Virus record (IMG/VR): IMGVR_UViG_3300015201_000005
Span: 1-37,209 of that record
From: a virus
Lineage: Duplodnaviria; Caudoviricetes
Length of the DNA: 37,209 nucleotides
Strand: one strand, 5' to 3'
Below the pieces are notes generated by a model that was not told the DNA's origin, ran no database searches, and saw only the letters and a program-made list of their open reading frames with translations. Shown piece by piece: positions 1-9,086 of the stretch. The position numbers and the translations under genes were made by a program. Each line of letters opens with the position of its first letter. Within the stretch, counting starts at the first letter, position 1.

Positions 1-9
1 AAGGGCGAC

Positions 10-1698
10 GTGCGGCTACAAGAAATGGATATAATTATCCCTCAATCTACTAAACGGAACCCAAATGAATGGAAGCCAGAGCCCAAGCAAAGCCTTTTCC
101 TTTCAGTTCCGACTAGTATTAAGGAAGCCGTATACGGAGGGGGAGCAGGTAGCGGAAAGTCAGATGTACTGTTACTTTACGGGATCGTACATCGATGGCA
201 TGAGCATCCTAAATTCAAGCAAGTGTTCATGCGGAGGACATTCCCTGAACTACGCAATGAAATCATTCCCCGATCTAGAGAATTGTATCGACGATTTGGG
301 GCAACACTTAACAAGACAGAGATGTGCTGGACTTTTCCACGCGAAGATCAGTATGGAACTGGAACTTCCACCAAATATGGTCCTTCTAACGACGGATCTA
401 TGATCTTTCTCGGGCACTGTGAGAATGAAGATGACGTGCATAAATACGACTCAATGCAAATCAATCTATACACGCCTGATGAGCTCACTTCCATCACTGA
501 ATGGATCTACCTCTATATTGGATTTCAGCGCGTTAGATCTCCAGTGCCAGAATTGCCCTCTATCATACGAGCGGCTGGGATGCCTGGAGGAATTGGGCAT
601 ACGTGGGTATTCAAACGGTTCATTAAACCATTCCCTAAAGGTGGAAAAATCATCGTTGGGCGTGGAGGAAACAAAAGAATCTACATTCACTCAACCCTAG
701 AGGACAATCAATACGTCGATCCCACGTACAAACAGTCACTTCAAGGCATTACAATCGAGGCAGAACGTAAAGCTAAGTTAGCTGGTGACTGGGATGCGTA
801 TCAGGGGCAGGTATTCGATGAGTTTCGTGACCATAAGTTTGAAGATGAGCCAGACAATGCAATGCATGTGGTCGAACCATTCATCATTCCTGCGTGGTGG
901 CCGCGCATAGTAATAGGTGACTGGGGATTCGCCGCCATGACATGGATTGGCTACGCGGCAATCAGTCCAAACAAGCGCGTGTACATCTATCGTGAACAGA
1001 CATGGGTGAAAACGAAGATCGCTGAATGGGCTCCGCATGTCAAACTCTACATCGACAAAGAAAACCCACGTCTTATTAGATTTTGCAAGAGTGCTGGACA
1101 GGATAGAGGTCAAGAACAAACCATCCAACAGCAAATCGAGGATGAACTCGGAGTTTCGATTGAACTTAGTAACAATACGCCTGGTTCAAGGATCGCAGGA
1201 AAGCTACTAATCCATGAATACCTCCGATGGCATCCAAAAGATGTGAATGAATCAGAGATTCCGATATACAACGAAGAGTATGCGATGTGGATCTTAAGGA
1301 ATAGGGGCATGAGTGAGTACAATTCATACCTCAATTCGTTCAGACCACAAGAGCCTGAATTGAATTTGCCGAAGCTACAGATCTTCGCGGGCGCGTGTCC
1401 TCTTCTAGTCGAGGCAATCAAGGCATGTAGTTATGATAAGCCGAAGGGAAACAAACCAGCAGAGGATATCGCAGAGTTTGAAGGTGACGATCCCATCGAT
1501 GGGCTTCGTTATCTGGTAGATGCAGCCGCCGGTTATTTCGACGAGTCGAACGAAGAGTTTAAGCGTATTCAGAAACAGGAAGTTCTCGTACAGAAACTCA
1601 ATACATCGAATGATTGGACTGGATTCTATCGGAATATGGCGCGCACGGAGTCAGAATCCGAAGAATACATCAAGCCAATCTCAAGGTATCGACACTAG
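10..1698 (+). CDS. terL: Terminase large subunit
   Basis: Walker A YGGGAGSGKS, RRTFPEL, Walker B-like LYTPDE, MPGGIGHTW, RNase H-fold acidic motifs IVIGDWG and DDPIDGLRY. The frame is open from base 1, so the start (GTG10, ATG25 or upstream) is uncertain. Confidence 0.93.
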   Translation: MRLQEMDIIIPQSTKRNPNEWKPEPKQSLFLSVPTSIKEAVYGGGAGSGKSDVLLLYGIVHRWHEHPKFKQVFMRRTFPELRNEIIPRSRELYRRFGATLNKTEMCWTFPREDQYGTGTSTKYGPSNDGSMIFLGHCENEDDVHKYDSMQINLYTPDELTSITEWIYLYIGFQRVRSPVPELPSIIRAAGMPGGIGHTWVFKRFIKPFPKGGKIIVGRGGNKRIYIHSTLEDNQYVDPTYKQSLQGITIEAERKAKLAGDWDAYQGQVFDEFRDHKFEDEPDNAMHVVEPFIIPAWWPRIVIGDWGFAAMTWIGYAAISPNKRVYIYREQTWVKTKIAEWAPHVKLYIDKENPRLIRFCKSAGQDRGQEQTIQQQIEDELGVSIELSNNTPGSRIAGKLLIHEYLRWHPKDVNESEIPIYNEEYAMWILRNRGMSEYNSYLNSFRPQEPELNLPKLQIFAGACPLLVEAIKACSYDKPKGNKPAEDIAEFEGDDPIDGLRYLVDAAAGYFDESNEEFKRIQKQEVLVQKLNTSNDWTGFYRNMARTESESEEYIKPISRYRH

Positions 1699-1700
1699 CC

Positions 1701-2264
1701 ATGCCTAGTTGGCCTAAGAGTATACCATATGGATTGTCTCCCACGTTTACGCGGGAACACGTTCATGAATTATTGAATAGTGTACTGAAGAAACCATTAG
1801 AACCATCGATTACTGATAAATTACTATTCAGATCACCAGTTCAACGAAAGCCAAACGTTTCATTGGAAGGATTTGACAATCCTTACCAACAAGTAGCATT
1901 ACAAGATATTATCAGTCAGTATCCTGAGGCAATTAGTAGAATTCGAAATATTACATTAGGTGGATTAGATAATAGACTAGATACTGTACAGGGAACTTAC
2001 CATCCCATGACTGGTAATATCAAAACAAGGGGAGGCTGGGATAAACCGTCGAATTATAGATTTCCACATGAACAATCAATGGGAATTCTTCGACACGAGT
2101 TATCTCATGCAATGGGATTGAAGGATACGGGTCCATCTCCTAATGCATACGACATAAGTAATTTGTCTGATCTCCTTTATTTGGACGGACCAACAGGTGA
2201 CGTAGAATTACCCTCCGAACCTAAGGGATTAGGACCATCTAGTAAAGTGAAGATTAGAAAATGA
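1701..2264 (+). CDS. Hypothetical protein with zincin-like HExxH motif (putative metallopeptidase)
   Basis: ATG at 1701 just after the terL stop; ILRHELSHAMGL preceded by a VQGTYHP strand; AT-rich. Confidence 0.6.
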   Translation: MPSWPKSIPYGLSPTFTREHVHELLNSVLKKPLEPSITDKLLFRSPVQRKPNVSLEGFDNPYQQVALQDIISQYPEAISRIRNITLGGLDNRLDTVQGTYHPMTGNIKTRGGWDKPSNYRFPHEQSMGILRHELSHAMGLKDTGPSPNAYDISNLSDLLYLDGPTGDVELPSEPKGLGPSSKVKIRK

Positions 2265-2584
2265 TAAAGAGAATTCTAGAGAAGTGGTTTGGGTTGTCGC
2301 CTGACGTATGTGAAACGTGTGAGATCCTACGCTTCCAGCTCGAAGAGAGCAATAGAGAGCGTAAGGAGTTACTCCACAAATTGCTTAATAAGGATGAGCC
2401 CAAACCACCCGTATTTTCAGAAGATGAGTTGAAGCCAGTTCAGAGTCAATTCATTCCTTGGCGCGTAAGACAGCAAATGTTGGAAGCTGAGGATAGACAG
2501 AAAGCGCGTCTACTAAACGATAAGGCTAAAGAAATCGCTGAATTAGAGAAGCAAGTAGGCATTTCAGAAGAGGTGGCAGGATGA
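2261..2584 (+). CDS. Coiled-coil hypothetical protein with a CxxC
   Basis: ATGA overlaps on both sides; CETC followed by charged heptad-like helices. Confidence 0.75.
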   Translation: MIKRILEKWFGLSPDVCETCEILRFQLEESNRERKELLHKLLNKDEPKPPVFSEDELKPVQSQFIPWRVRQQMLEAEDRQKARLLNDKAKEIAELEKQVGISEEVAG

Positions 2585-2751
2585 TCACTCTCATAATCGG
2601 GCTAGTGATTCTTGGCGTAGCACTCTATCTGCTAGAGACGTATATTCCGATGAGTCCCCCGATTAAGATGGTTATTCGGGTGGTCATCGTTCTAGTTCTT
2701 GTAGTCTGGCTCTTAAGATTCTTTGGCATTACAGACGCGACCTTCCGTTAA
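2581..2751 (+). CDS. 56-aa two-transmembrane protein (resembles Thivi_2564-type small membrane proteins; holin candidate)
   Basis: Absent from the ORF track; hand translation MITLIIGLVILGVALYLLETYIPMSPPIKMVIRVVIVLVLVVWLLRFFGITDATFR; ATGA overlap with the upstream stop. Confidence 0.8.
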   Translation: MITLIIGLVILGVALYLLETYIPMSPPIKMVIRVVIVLVLVVWLLRFFGITDATFR

Positions 2752-2771
2752 CAGATAGATAGGATAGAACA

Positions 2772-3764
2772 ATGGGCTTCAAGAACGTAATGAAGAATAT
2801 CGGCAAGGTTGCACTGAAAGCTGCACCTATTGCCGCATCATTCATTCCCGGAGTAGGCCCATTAGCTTCGATGGCTATCGGGGCAGCTAGTAGTGCTGCG
2901 GATAGGAAACTATCTGGTGGTAGCTGGAAAGACGCGGGATTAGCTGGTGCAATGGGCGGGGCATCAGGATATCTCAGTGGTGGCGTTAAAGGACTCAGTC
3001 CAGGACGCAAGGTATTGAGTGCAGGATTGGCGGCACCAGGAATTCTAGCTGGCATGGGTGGATCTAGTGGTGGAGGTCAGCAACAACAGCAACAGGCTCC
3101 AGCACAGAATAGAGGTCAGGCTAGAGGTCCAGCTAACGCAGGTATGGGTGCGCGTATGGGTGCAGCCGGTGCGCGTATGGGACCAGGTGGTATGCGTCGA
3201 ATGGGCGGTGGAATAGGTCCATCAGGTGGATTCGATCCATATTACAACGCATCACTTCCGGGCACTGCTGGACCATCATTCGGTAACGATCCATCAGGAA
3301 TAATCAATCGTCGTAATCCCACAATGAATCCTGATGCTGAATTCGTTCAGGGTGGACGAACTGGTGGATGGATTGATGGTATTGGTGAAACGATTGGTCA
3401 AGGTCGTAGCATCACTCCTGCTCAGTATCAGGCTCAAATAGCTCAGGCCCAACAGGCAGGCATACCACAATCATGGATTCAGGGATATCTTCAGGCCAAT
3501 CCTGGAGATTCAAATCGGTTACTTGAAGCGTATTCTAGTGAAGATGGTGGCAAGTATGCGGGCCAAATGCAGGGAGCTATGCAGACTCCATGGCAGCAAT
3601 TTGAGGGTCAAACTCCACAGATGCCTATGCCACAATACGGTGGTGGCATGGAACAGATGCCACGAATGATTCCTGGTAATGGTGGCCGAATGATGATGGG
3701 CCGCAGATCAGCTACTCAGGGTAGAATGGGTGCTGGTGGTCTTGGTCCGTCGATGCCTCAGTAG
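2772..3764 (+). CDS. Gly/Met/Gln-rich protein with N-terminal amphipathic helix and glycine zipper (putative internal virion/pilot protein)
   Basis: AGGA SD; MGFKNVMKNIGKVALKAAPIAASFIPGVGPLASMAIGAA followed by low-complexity sequence. Confidence 0.6.
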   Translation: MGFKNVMKNIGKVALKAAPIAASFIPGVGPLASMAIGAASSAADRKLSGGSWKDAGLAGAMGGASGYLSGGVKGLSPGRKVLSAGLAAPGILAGMGGSSGGGQQQQQQAPAQNRGQARGPANAGMGARMGAAGARMGPGGMRRMGGGIGPSGGFDPYYNASLPGTAGPSFGNDPSGIINRRNPTMNPDAEFVQGGRTGGWIDGIGETIGQGRSITPAQYQAQIAQAQQAGIPQSWIQGYLQANPGDSNRLLEAYSSEDGGKYAGQMQGAMQTPWQQFEGQTPQMPMPQYGGGMEQMPRMIPGNGGRMMMGRRSATQGRMGAGGLGPSMPQ

Positions 3765-3773
3765 AGTATTGAA

Positions 3774-6140
3774 ATGGAAAAAGAATTAAGTGAAGAGACT
3801 AAGAAGTTACTAAAGCAAATCGTCGATCATTTCGACGATGAAGATAGAGCTGTGCGCGATCGTCAGATCCGTCAGTGGCGTCGATTGAAACTGATGTGGG
3901 AGAACATCCAGCACACGTATTACAGCGAGGTTGCACATGATTGGCGTATTCCCGAATCTGCGCGTGCTGGTGAAGACTCTGATCAAGGATACTACGACAA
4001 GCCAGTTAATATTTACCGTGCGTATCTCGAATCGATCATCGCTGCACTATCTGTCGCTGTCCCCCCTATTACTTGTTATCCTGATGATGCTGACAATCCT
4101 CTCGATATAGCAACAGCTAAAGCAGGAGATAAGATCTCTGAACTGATCTTCAAGCACAACAACGCGCCGCTGCTCTGGATTCACGCTCTGTTCGTGTACT
4201 GCACTGAGGGGATGACAGCATCCTATGTGTATACGAAGGCTGATGAAGAGTACGGAACATACAAAGAAAAGAAATACGAGGACTTTCAGGAAGTTCATTC
4301 AATTGAAACCTGTCCATACTGCAATACTGAATTATCGAATGAACTAATCCATGAAGGTAACTCTGAAGAAATGATGCGTCCACCTGAAGTGGATCCATTT
4401 ACGGGAGAACAGATTCCAGAGACGGACTACTGCGAAACGTGTGATGCTACAGTTCCAATCATTAAGTCTCAGAGTGTTAGCATCGATACACGGATGGTGG
4501 GCGAAACGAGTCACGCTAAGTCCCGTGTATTCATGGAAGTATTTGGCGGTCTGTTCGTCAAGGTTCCAGTGTGGGCGCGTAGTCAGAAGGAATGCAACTA
4601 TCTCATCTACTCCTACGAAACTCATTACGCCAATGTCCTGGAGAAATATCCAGAGTTACGAGACAAGGTAGTCAAACAGGGCGAATCAACGTACGATCTA
4701 TACGAACAGTGGGGTCGCACATCACCGCAGTACAGGGGCGAACATCCCATCAATAATGTCACTGTGCGTAATTGTTGGTTCAGACCCGCAGCCTATCATA
4801 TCTTGAAGGAAGAGGAAGTAGAGGAACTGAAGAAACTGTATCCGCACGGTGTGAATGCGTGCGTAGTGAACGATCAGGTAGTCCATGCAGTCAATGAAAA
4901 GTTGGACGAACATTGGACACTGACATACAATCCACTTTCGGATTATATTCATTTCGATCCGATTGGTCTACTCCTGACGAGTGTACAAGAAATTACGAAC
5001 GATTTGATTTCATTGACAGTTCAGACCATCGAACATGGCATTCCTCAGACATTCGCTGACCCGAAGGTATTAAATTTCAAGTCGTATCGTGAATCTGAGG
5101 CTATTCCTGGTGGTATCTATCCCGCCACTCCTAAATCTGGGAAGCCGTTAGGAGAGGGTTTCTATGAGGTTAAAACTGCGACGTTATCTCAGGAAACTTT
5201 ACCATTTGCAGAGAAGATTCAGCAGATGGGACAAATCGTTTCGGGCGCGCTTCCGAGTCTATTCGGTGGGCAAATGTCGGGTAGTAGGACGGCATCCGAA
5301 TACAGTATGTCTCGCGCCCAAGCATTACAGCGTCTCCAAACTACTTGGAAGATGCTGACAATGTGGTGGAAAGACACATTCGGTAAAGCGATACCGATGT
5401 ACATCGATGAAGTTCGAGAAGACGAAAAGTCAGTTAAGAAGGACGAATTCGGTAACTTCGTCAATGTATTCGTGCGTAAAGCGGAATTAGAGGGTAAGAT
5501 AGGTTCTATTGAGCTTGAGGCTAATGAAAATCTGCCGATTACGTGGAATCAGCAGAAAGATGCTATCATGGAATTGTTTAACATAAACAATGACCAGATC
5601 ATGGCTACGTTAGCTTCGCCAGAGAACATGCCTTATCTGAAAAAGGCTATCGGACTGACCGATTATATCATTCCAGGTGAGGAAGATAGACAGAAGCAAT
5701 ACGAGGAAATTCAGCAACTGTTGGATAGTGAGCCGATTGAGCAGCCACCTGATCCTATGATGGAACAACAGGCTATGCAAATGGGTCAGCCTCCGCCCCC
5801 GCCCATGCGTGTGCCTAGTATTCCGATTGACTTCGATGTAGACGATCACGTAATTGAAGGAGATATCTGCCGTCGATGGCTTGTAGGTGCGGCGGGACGG
5901 CTAGCTAAGACAGAGAATCAGATGGGTTACGAAAATGTATTGTTGCACTTCAAGATGCATAAGGATGCTCAGATGCAGCTTGAGATGCAGCAGATGCAGA
6001 TGCAGCAGATGCAAGGAATGCCCCCAGAACAAGCCGCTAGTGATCAAGCTAATGGGGAACTAGCCAATCCGACAGCGCCTGCTGAACAAGTAGCAGGCCA
6101 GCAAATGGGAGTAGATCAAAATGCACCGACGATTCAATAA
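3774..6140 (+). CDS. Portal protein (podovirus/P22-like) with Zn-ribbon insertion
   Basis: 788 aa between terL and scaffold/capsid; portal-like VSGALPSLFGG..SRTASEY segment; Q/M/P-rich C-terminal tail. Confidence 0.85.
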   Translation: MEKELSEETKKLLKQIVDHFDDEDRAVRDRQIRQWRRLKLMWENIQHTYYSEVAHDWRIPESARAGEDSDQGYYDKPVNIYRAYLESIIAALSVAVPPITCYPDDADNPLDIATAKAGDKISELIFKHNNAPLLWIHALFVYCTEGMTASYVYTKADEEYGTYKEKKYEDFQEVHSIETCPYCNTELSNELIHEGNSEEMMRPPEVDPFTGEQIPETDYCETCDATVPIIKSQSVSIDTRMVGETSHAKSRVFMEVFGGLFVKVPVWARSQKECNYLIYSYETHYANVLEKYPELRDKVVKQGESTYDLYEQWGRTSPQYRGEHPINNVTVRNCWFRPAAYHILKEEEVEELKKLYPHGVNACVVNDQVVHAVNEKLDEHWTLTYNPLSDYIHFDPIGLLLTSVQEITNDLISLTVQTIEHGIPQTFADPKVLNFKSYRESEAIPGGIYPATPKSGKPLGEGFYEVKTATLSQETLPFAEKIQQMGQIVSGALPSLFGGQMSGSRTASEYSMSRAQALQRLQTTWKMLTMWWKDTFGKAIPMYIDEVREDEKSVKKDEFGNFVNVFVRKAELEGKIGSIELEANENLPITWNQQKDAIMELFNINNDQIMATLASPENMPYLKKAIGLTDYIIPGEEDRQKQYEEIQQLLDSEPIEQPPDPMMEQQAMQMGQPPPPPMRVPSIPIDFDVDDHVIEGDICRRWLVGAAGRLAKTENQMGYENVLLHFKMHKDAQMQLEMQQMQMQQMQGMPPEQAASDQANGELANPTAPAEQVAGQQMGVDQNAPTIQ
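5970..6014 (+). repeat. CAGATG/CAG-rich coding micro-repeat (QMQLEMQQMQMQQMQ)
   Basis: cagatgcagcttgagatgcagcagatgcagatgcagcagatgcaa in the portal 3' end. Confidence 0.6.
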
Positions 6141-7425
6141 CTTCATTTCACTTCCTTTCTATTCACCAGATGATGTGTCAGGAAGTGACGGCGAACAGAC
6201 ATTCGAGCTTTTGAATGAAGCCGAAGAACCCGAAGAAGTATTGGACTTACCAAAGATTGGTAAAACTGATACAGGAGATCAAGATGAGCAAGAAACAGGC
6301 GATGAAGAAGAAGGAGAAGAGGACGGAGAAAAATCAAAAGAAGACGACGAACTCAAAGAAATCGAAGAAGAATTAGACGGGCCGAAAGAAGAAGATCTGG
6401 AGTTAATGACTCCGGTCAGGCGCAGGGAGATCCTTGCCAAGTATCCGAAGTTATTCAAGGATTTCCCATACCTTGAAAAGGCATACTATCGGGAGCAGCA
6501 GTTCACTGAAGTTTATCCTACGATTCAGGACGCACGCGCTGCACACGAAAAGTCTCAGATACTGGACCGCGTAGAGTACGAAGTCCTGAACGGTGATATC
6601 ACCACAGTTCTTGAGGCGGCTAAGAGTGAGAATTCGGACGCGTTCTATAAGATCGCTGACAACTACCTTCCAACCCTGAAGAAAGTCGATTCACAGGCTT
6701 ACTACCACGTATTGGGTAATGTCGTCAAGGACACTATCATTACGATGGTTCAGGAGGGTAGGAAGTTAGGCGATCAGGGTGCGCCACTCACGGCGGCAGC
6801 TAACATTCTGAATCAGTTCGTATTTGGTTCACAACAGTTTACACCGCCTACGCCCCTGTCGAAGAATTCTAGGCCCGAGGACATTCAGCGAGAACAGCAG
6901 CAGCAACAGTACGAACAGCAGCGCGTCTATCAGGTATTCGATGGTGTAAGAGAAGACCTTCAGACGAAAGCTGATAACGTACTGACTTCTACCATTGTTC
7001 AGCACATCGATCCACGCGGAACGATGACTGAATACATGAAGAATCACGCAACTGCTGAAGCTCTGGAAACGTTGGATGATCTCATCCAGCGAGATACACG
7101 ATTCAGGGGTTTACTGGATCGTTTGTGGGAAAAGGCATTCCATCAGGGATTCGATAAAACCTCAACTGATCGAATCAAGTCAGCCTATCTTAGTAAAGCA
7201 AAAACACTGTTGCCTAGTGTTATCAAAAAGGCACGAAACGATGCTTTACGTGGGATGGGTCGTAGGGTTCGTGAAGATAGTGAAGGAACGGACGAGAAAG
7301 AAACGACCTCTAAAAAGGGTCCAATTACTCCTGGGCGCTCCACTGCCCCATCAAGTGGAAAGTACAAGAACGGCAAGGAAATTCCGAAAGGAATGAGTAC
7401 ACTTGATGTGCTAATGCAGGATTAG
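6121..7425 (+). CDS. Capsid scaffolding protein
   Basis: Acidic disordered N-terminus, helical core, basic/Pro-rich C-terminus; lies directly before the major capsid gene. Confidence 0.72.
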   Translation: MHRRFNNFISLPFYSPDDVSGSDGEQTFELLNEAEEPEEVLDLPKIGKTDTGDQDEQETGDEEEGEEDGEKSKEDDELKEIEEELDGPKEEDLELMTPVRRREILAKYPKLFKDFPYLEKAYYREQQFTEVYPTIQDARAAHEKSQILDRVEYEVLNGDITTVLEAAKSENSDAFYKIADNYLPTLKKVDSQAYYHVLGNVVKDTIITMVQEGRKLGDQGAPLTAAANILNQFVFGSQQFTPPTPLSKNSRPEDIQREQQQQQYEQQRVYQVFDGVREDLQTKADNVLTSTIVQHIDPRGTMTEYMKNHATAEALETLDDLIQRDTRFRGLLDRLWEKAFHQGFDKTSTDRIKSAYLSKAKTLLPSVIKKARNDALRGMGRRVREDSEGTDEKETTSKKGPITPGRSTAPSSGKYKNGKEIPKGMSTLDVLMQD

Positions 7426-7437
7426 CAAGGAGACGGT

Positions 7438-8691
7438 ATGGCAGTAGTTGAAGCACAGGTAGCAGCAACCGAACTCGAACGGGTTATCCCGAAGATTCGT
7501 GTGCTGTTCGAGCGTGACGATAAGTTTTTCTCGCACATCAAGAAGCGTGATGTGGAGAAGATCTCTCATCGTCAGATGCGCGTTCCTTTGGAACTGCGTC
7601 CGGGTGGTAGCTTCCAGTATTTTAACCCGGATGGCGGCGATTTAGGTCGAGGTGGTGGTCCCACGTTTGACAAGGCTGTACTCAATTGTGTTTTCTTGAG
7701 TGAGAACATTGAGTACACCAAGTTAACTCAGTGGGCTACTGACGATGCGCGTAAGGCTATCGTCAATGGTGTGCGTCGGTTAACCGCTACGGCATTGGAT
7801 GAAATGCGCCGTCAGTTGGATAGCCAGATGATGCAGACTGGTGATGGTGTCATTGGTGTAGTAACCACTGACACCCCTGCTGGTGGTAGCAACGTCATCA
7901 CACTTACTACGGATGGATTCGGAGCGCGTCTGATGCGCTACGGTCAGACCGTACAGGTGTGGGATGCTGCTCTTGCCATCAAGCGTGGTGAAGGTCTTAT
8001 CACGGCACATGATGTCGAGAATAAGACCATCAGCATCACTCCCACCATCGCTGCGGTTGCACCTACGGATAAGATTGTGACTGCGGGACTCGCTGCTCCT
8101 GCATCACTTCCTGCTCTGTTTGGTGTGCCGTATCACCACAGCAATGCATCCGCCGGTACGTGGCTTGGTTTCTCGCGTAGCACTACGCCTGAGATTCGTG
8201 CTAACCGTGTGAATGCTGGAGGCGCCGCACTCACTCTGCCCCTGCCGCGTATTGCCATCAACAAGATTGGCAATCGTGTGGGTATCGAACATTCCTTCTC
8301 TCCGAAGGCGTGGACGCACCCGGCGCAACAGCAGGCGTATGAGGAAATCGGTCAGTTGGTTTCCATCATCCAGAAGGCTGCAAAAGAAGAAGCACTGAAT
8401 ATGTATTTCGGTGGTTCTAACATGCAGTTGGCTGGTGCGCCCATCACGGTGCATTATTCGTGGGATAAGACCCGTATTGACTTCATCGTGGATGAGGTTT
8501 GGGGTCGTGCAGAAATCCTTCCCATCGGATTCTACACCACTGATGGACGTAAGATTTTCGAGATTCGTGGCGCATCTGGTGGTGTGGCTGCGGCGGAAAT
8601 CTTCTACATGGTCGTTGGGATGCAGACTTTCGTGTCTAATCCTGCGGCTTGCTCGTACATCGACGGACTCGCTGTTCCTGTCGGTTACTAG
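7438..8691 (+). CDS. Major capsid protein (HK97 fold inferred)
   Basis: 417 aa, strong AAGGAG SD, biased codon use, position after scaffold, C-terminal VSNPAACSYIDGL typical of capsid ends. Confidence 0.85.
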   Translation: MAVVEAQVAATELERVIPKIRVLFERDDKFFSHIKKRDVEKISHRQMRVPLELRPGGSFQYFNPDGGDLGRGGGPTFDKAVLNCVFLSENIEYTKLTQWATDDARKAIVNGVRRLTATALDEMRRQLDSQMMQTGDGVIGVVTTDTPAGGSNVITLTTDGFGARLMRYGQTVQVWDAALAIKRGEGLITAHDVENKTISITPTIAAVAPTDKIVTAGLAAPASLPALFGVPYHHSNASAGTWLGFSRSTTPEIRANRVNAGGAALTLPLPRIAINKIGNRVGIEHSFSPKAWTHPAQQQAYEEIGQLVSIIQKAAKEEALNMYFGGSNMQLAGAPITVHYSWDKTRIDFIVDEVWGRAEILPIGFYTTDGRKIFEIRGASGGVAAAEIFYMVVGMQTFVSNPAACSYIDGLAVPVGY

Positions 8692-8698
8692 CACAAGT

Positions 8699-8770
8699 TA
8701 GCCGGTGGATATTGGGTGGCTGGGACTCCTGCACCCCAGCAGGAGAAAGACATTTAGTATCCATCGGTTA
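8699..8770 (+). promoter_or_regulatory. Long G-U-rich intergenic RNA hairpin (possible RNase III processing or stability element)
   Basis: 8699-8718 pairs with 8751-8770 over 20 contiguous pairs including G-U; inner stem CTCCTGC/GCAGGAG. Confidence 0.7.
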
Positions 8771-8795
8771 TTCATCTCATGGTGGAGGAGGAGAG

Positions 8796-9086
8796 ATGAT
8801 TCCAGGAACTGTAAGTAAGATGACACAGAGTACCGTGGCATCTGCGGCTACGATTATCGTTAAGACTGATATCGTACTGCTCACGGGCGCTACTCAGGTC
8901 AATACAATCAATCCAGGGCTTGGAGCTGGTCAGTCTCAGTTCCTTGTACTCATTCCTGTCACTGGTTCAGTCATTCTGGGAACCTCTGGGAATATTCTGG
9001 TTGGTTTAACTGCCGTTGTTAACCGTGCGCTTTACCTCGTATGGGTGAAGTCTCTCGGTAAGTGGGTCATTAACTCCGGAGTGTAA
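8796..9086 (+). CDS. Small beta-rich virion protein (capsid decoration candidate)
   Basis: ATG 8796 with GGAGGAGG SD; 96 aa rich in T/V/G/I; lies between capsid gene and terminator. Confidence 0.65.
   Translation: MIPGTVSKMTQSTVASAATIIVKTDIVLLTGATQVNTINPGLGAGQSQFLVLIPVTGSVILGTSGNILVGLTAVVNRALYLVWVKSLGKWVINSGV

Noticed and set aside
1215-1375. Intein or intron in the terminase (extra ~45-aa segment in the nuclease domain)
   Set aside because: Too short, no intein C/S...HN termini and no frame break. It is a simple insertion.
8104-8694. Long antisense and alternate-frame ORFs (e.g. 8104-8694, 10220-10687, 29372-29866, 30337-30792, 33213-33578)
   Set aside because: They shadow well-supported genes, lack SD sequences and recognisable motifs, and are explained by codon bias.
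8640-8795. T7 10A/10B-style -1 frameshift fusing the capsid to the 96-aa ORF (the -1 frame is open from 8640)
   Set aside because: No slippery heptamer in 8640-8691, the intervening translation is not protein-like, and the downstream gene has its own strong SD.
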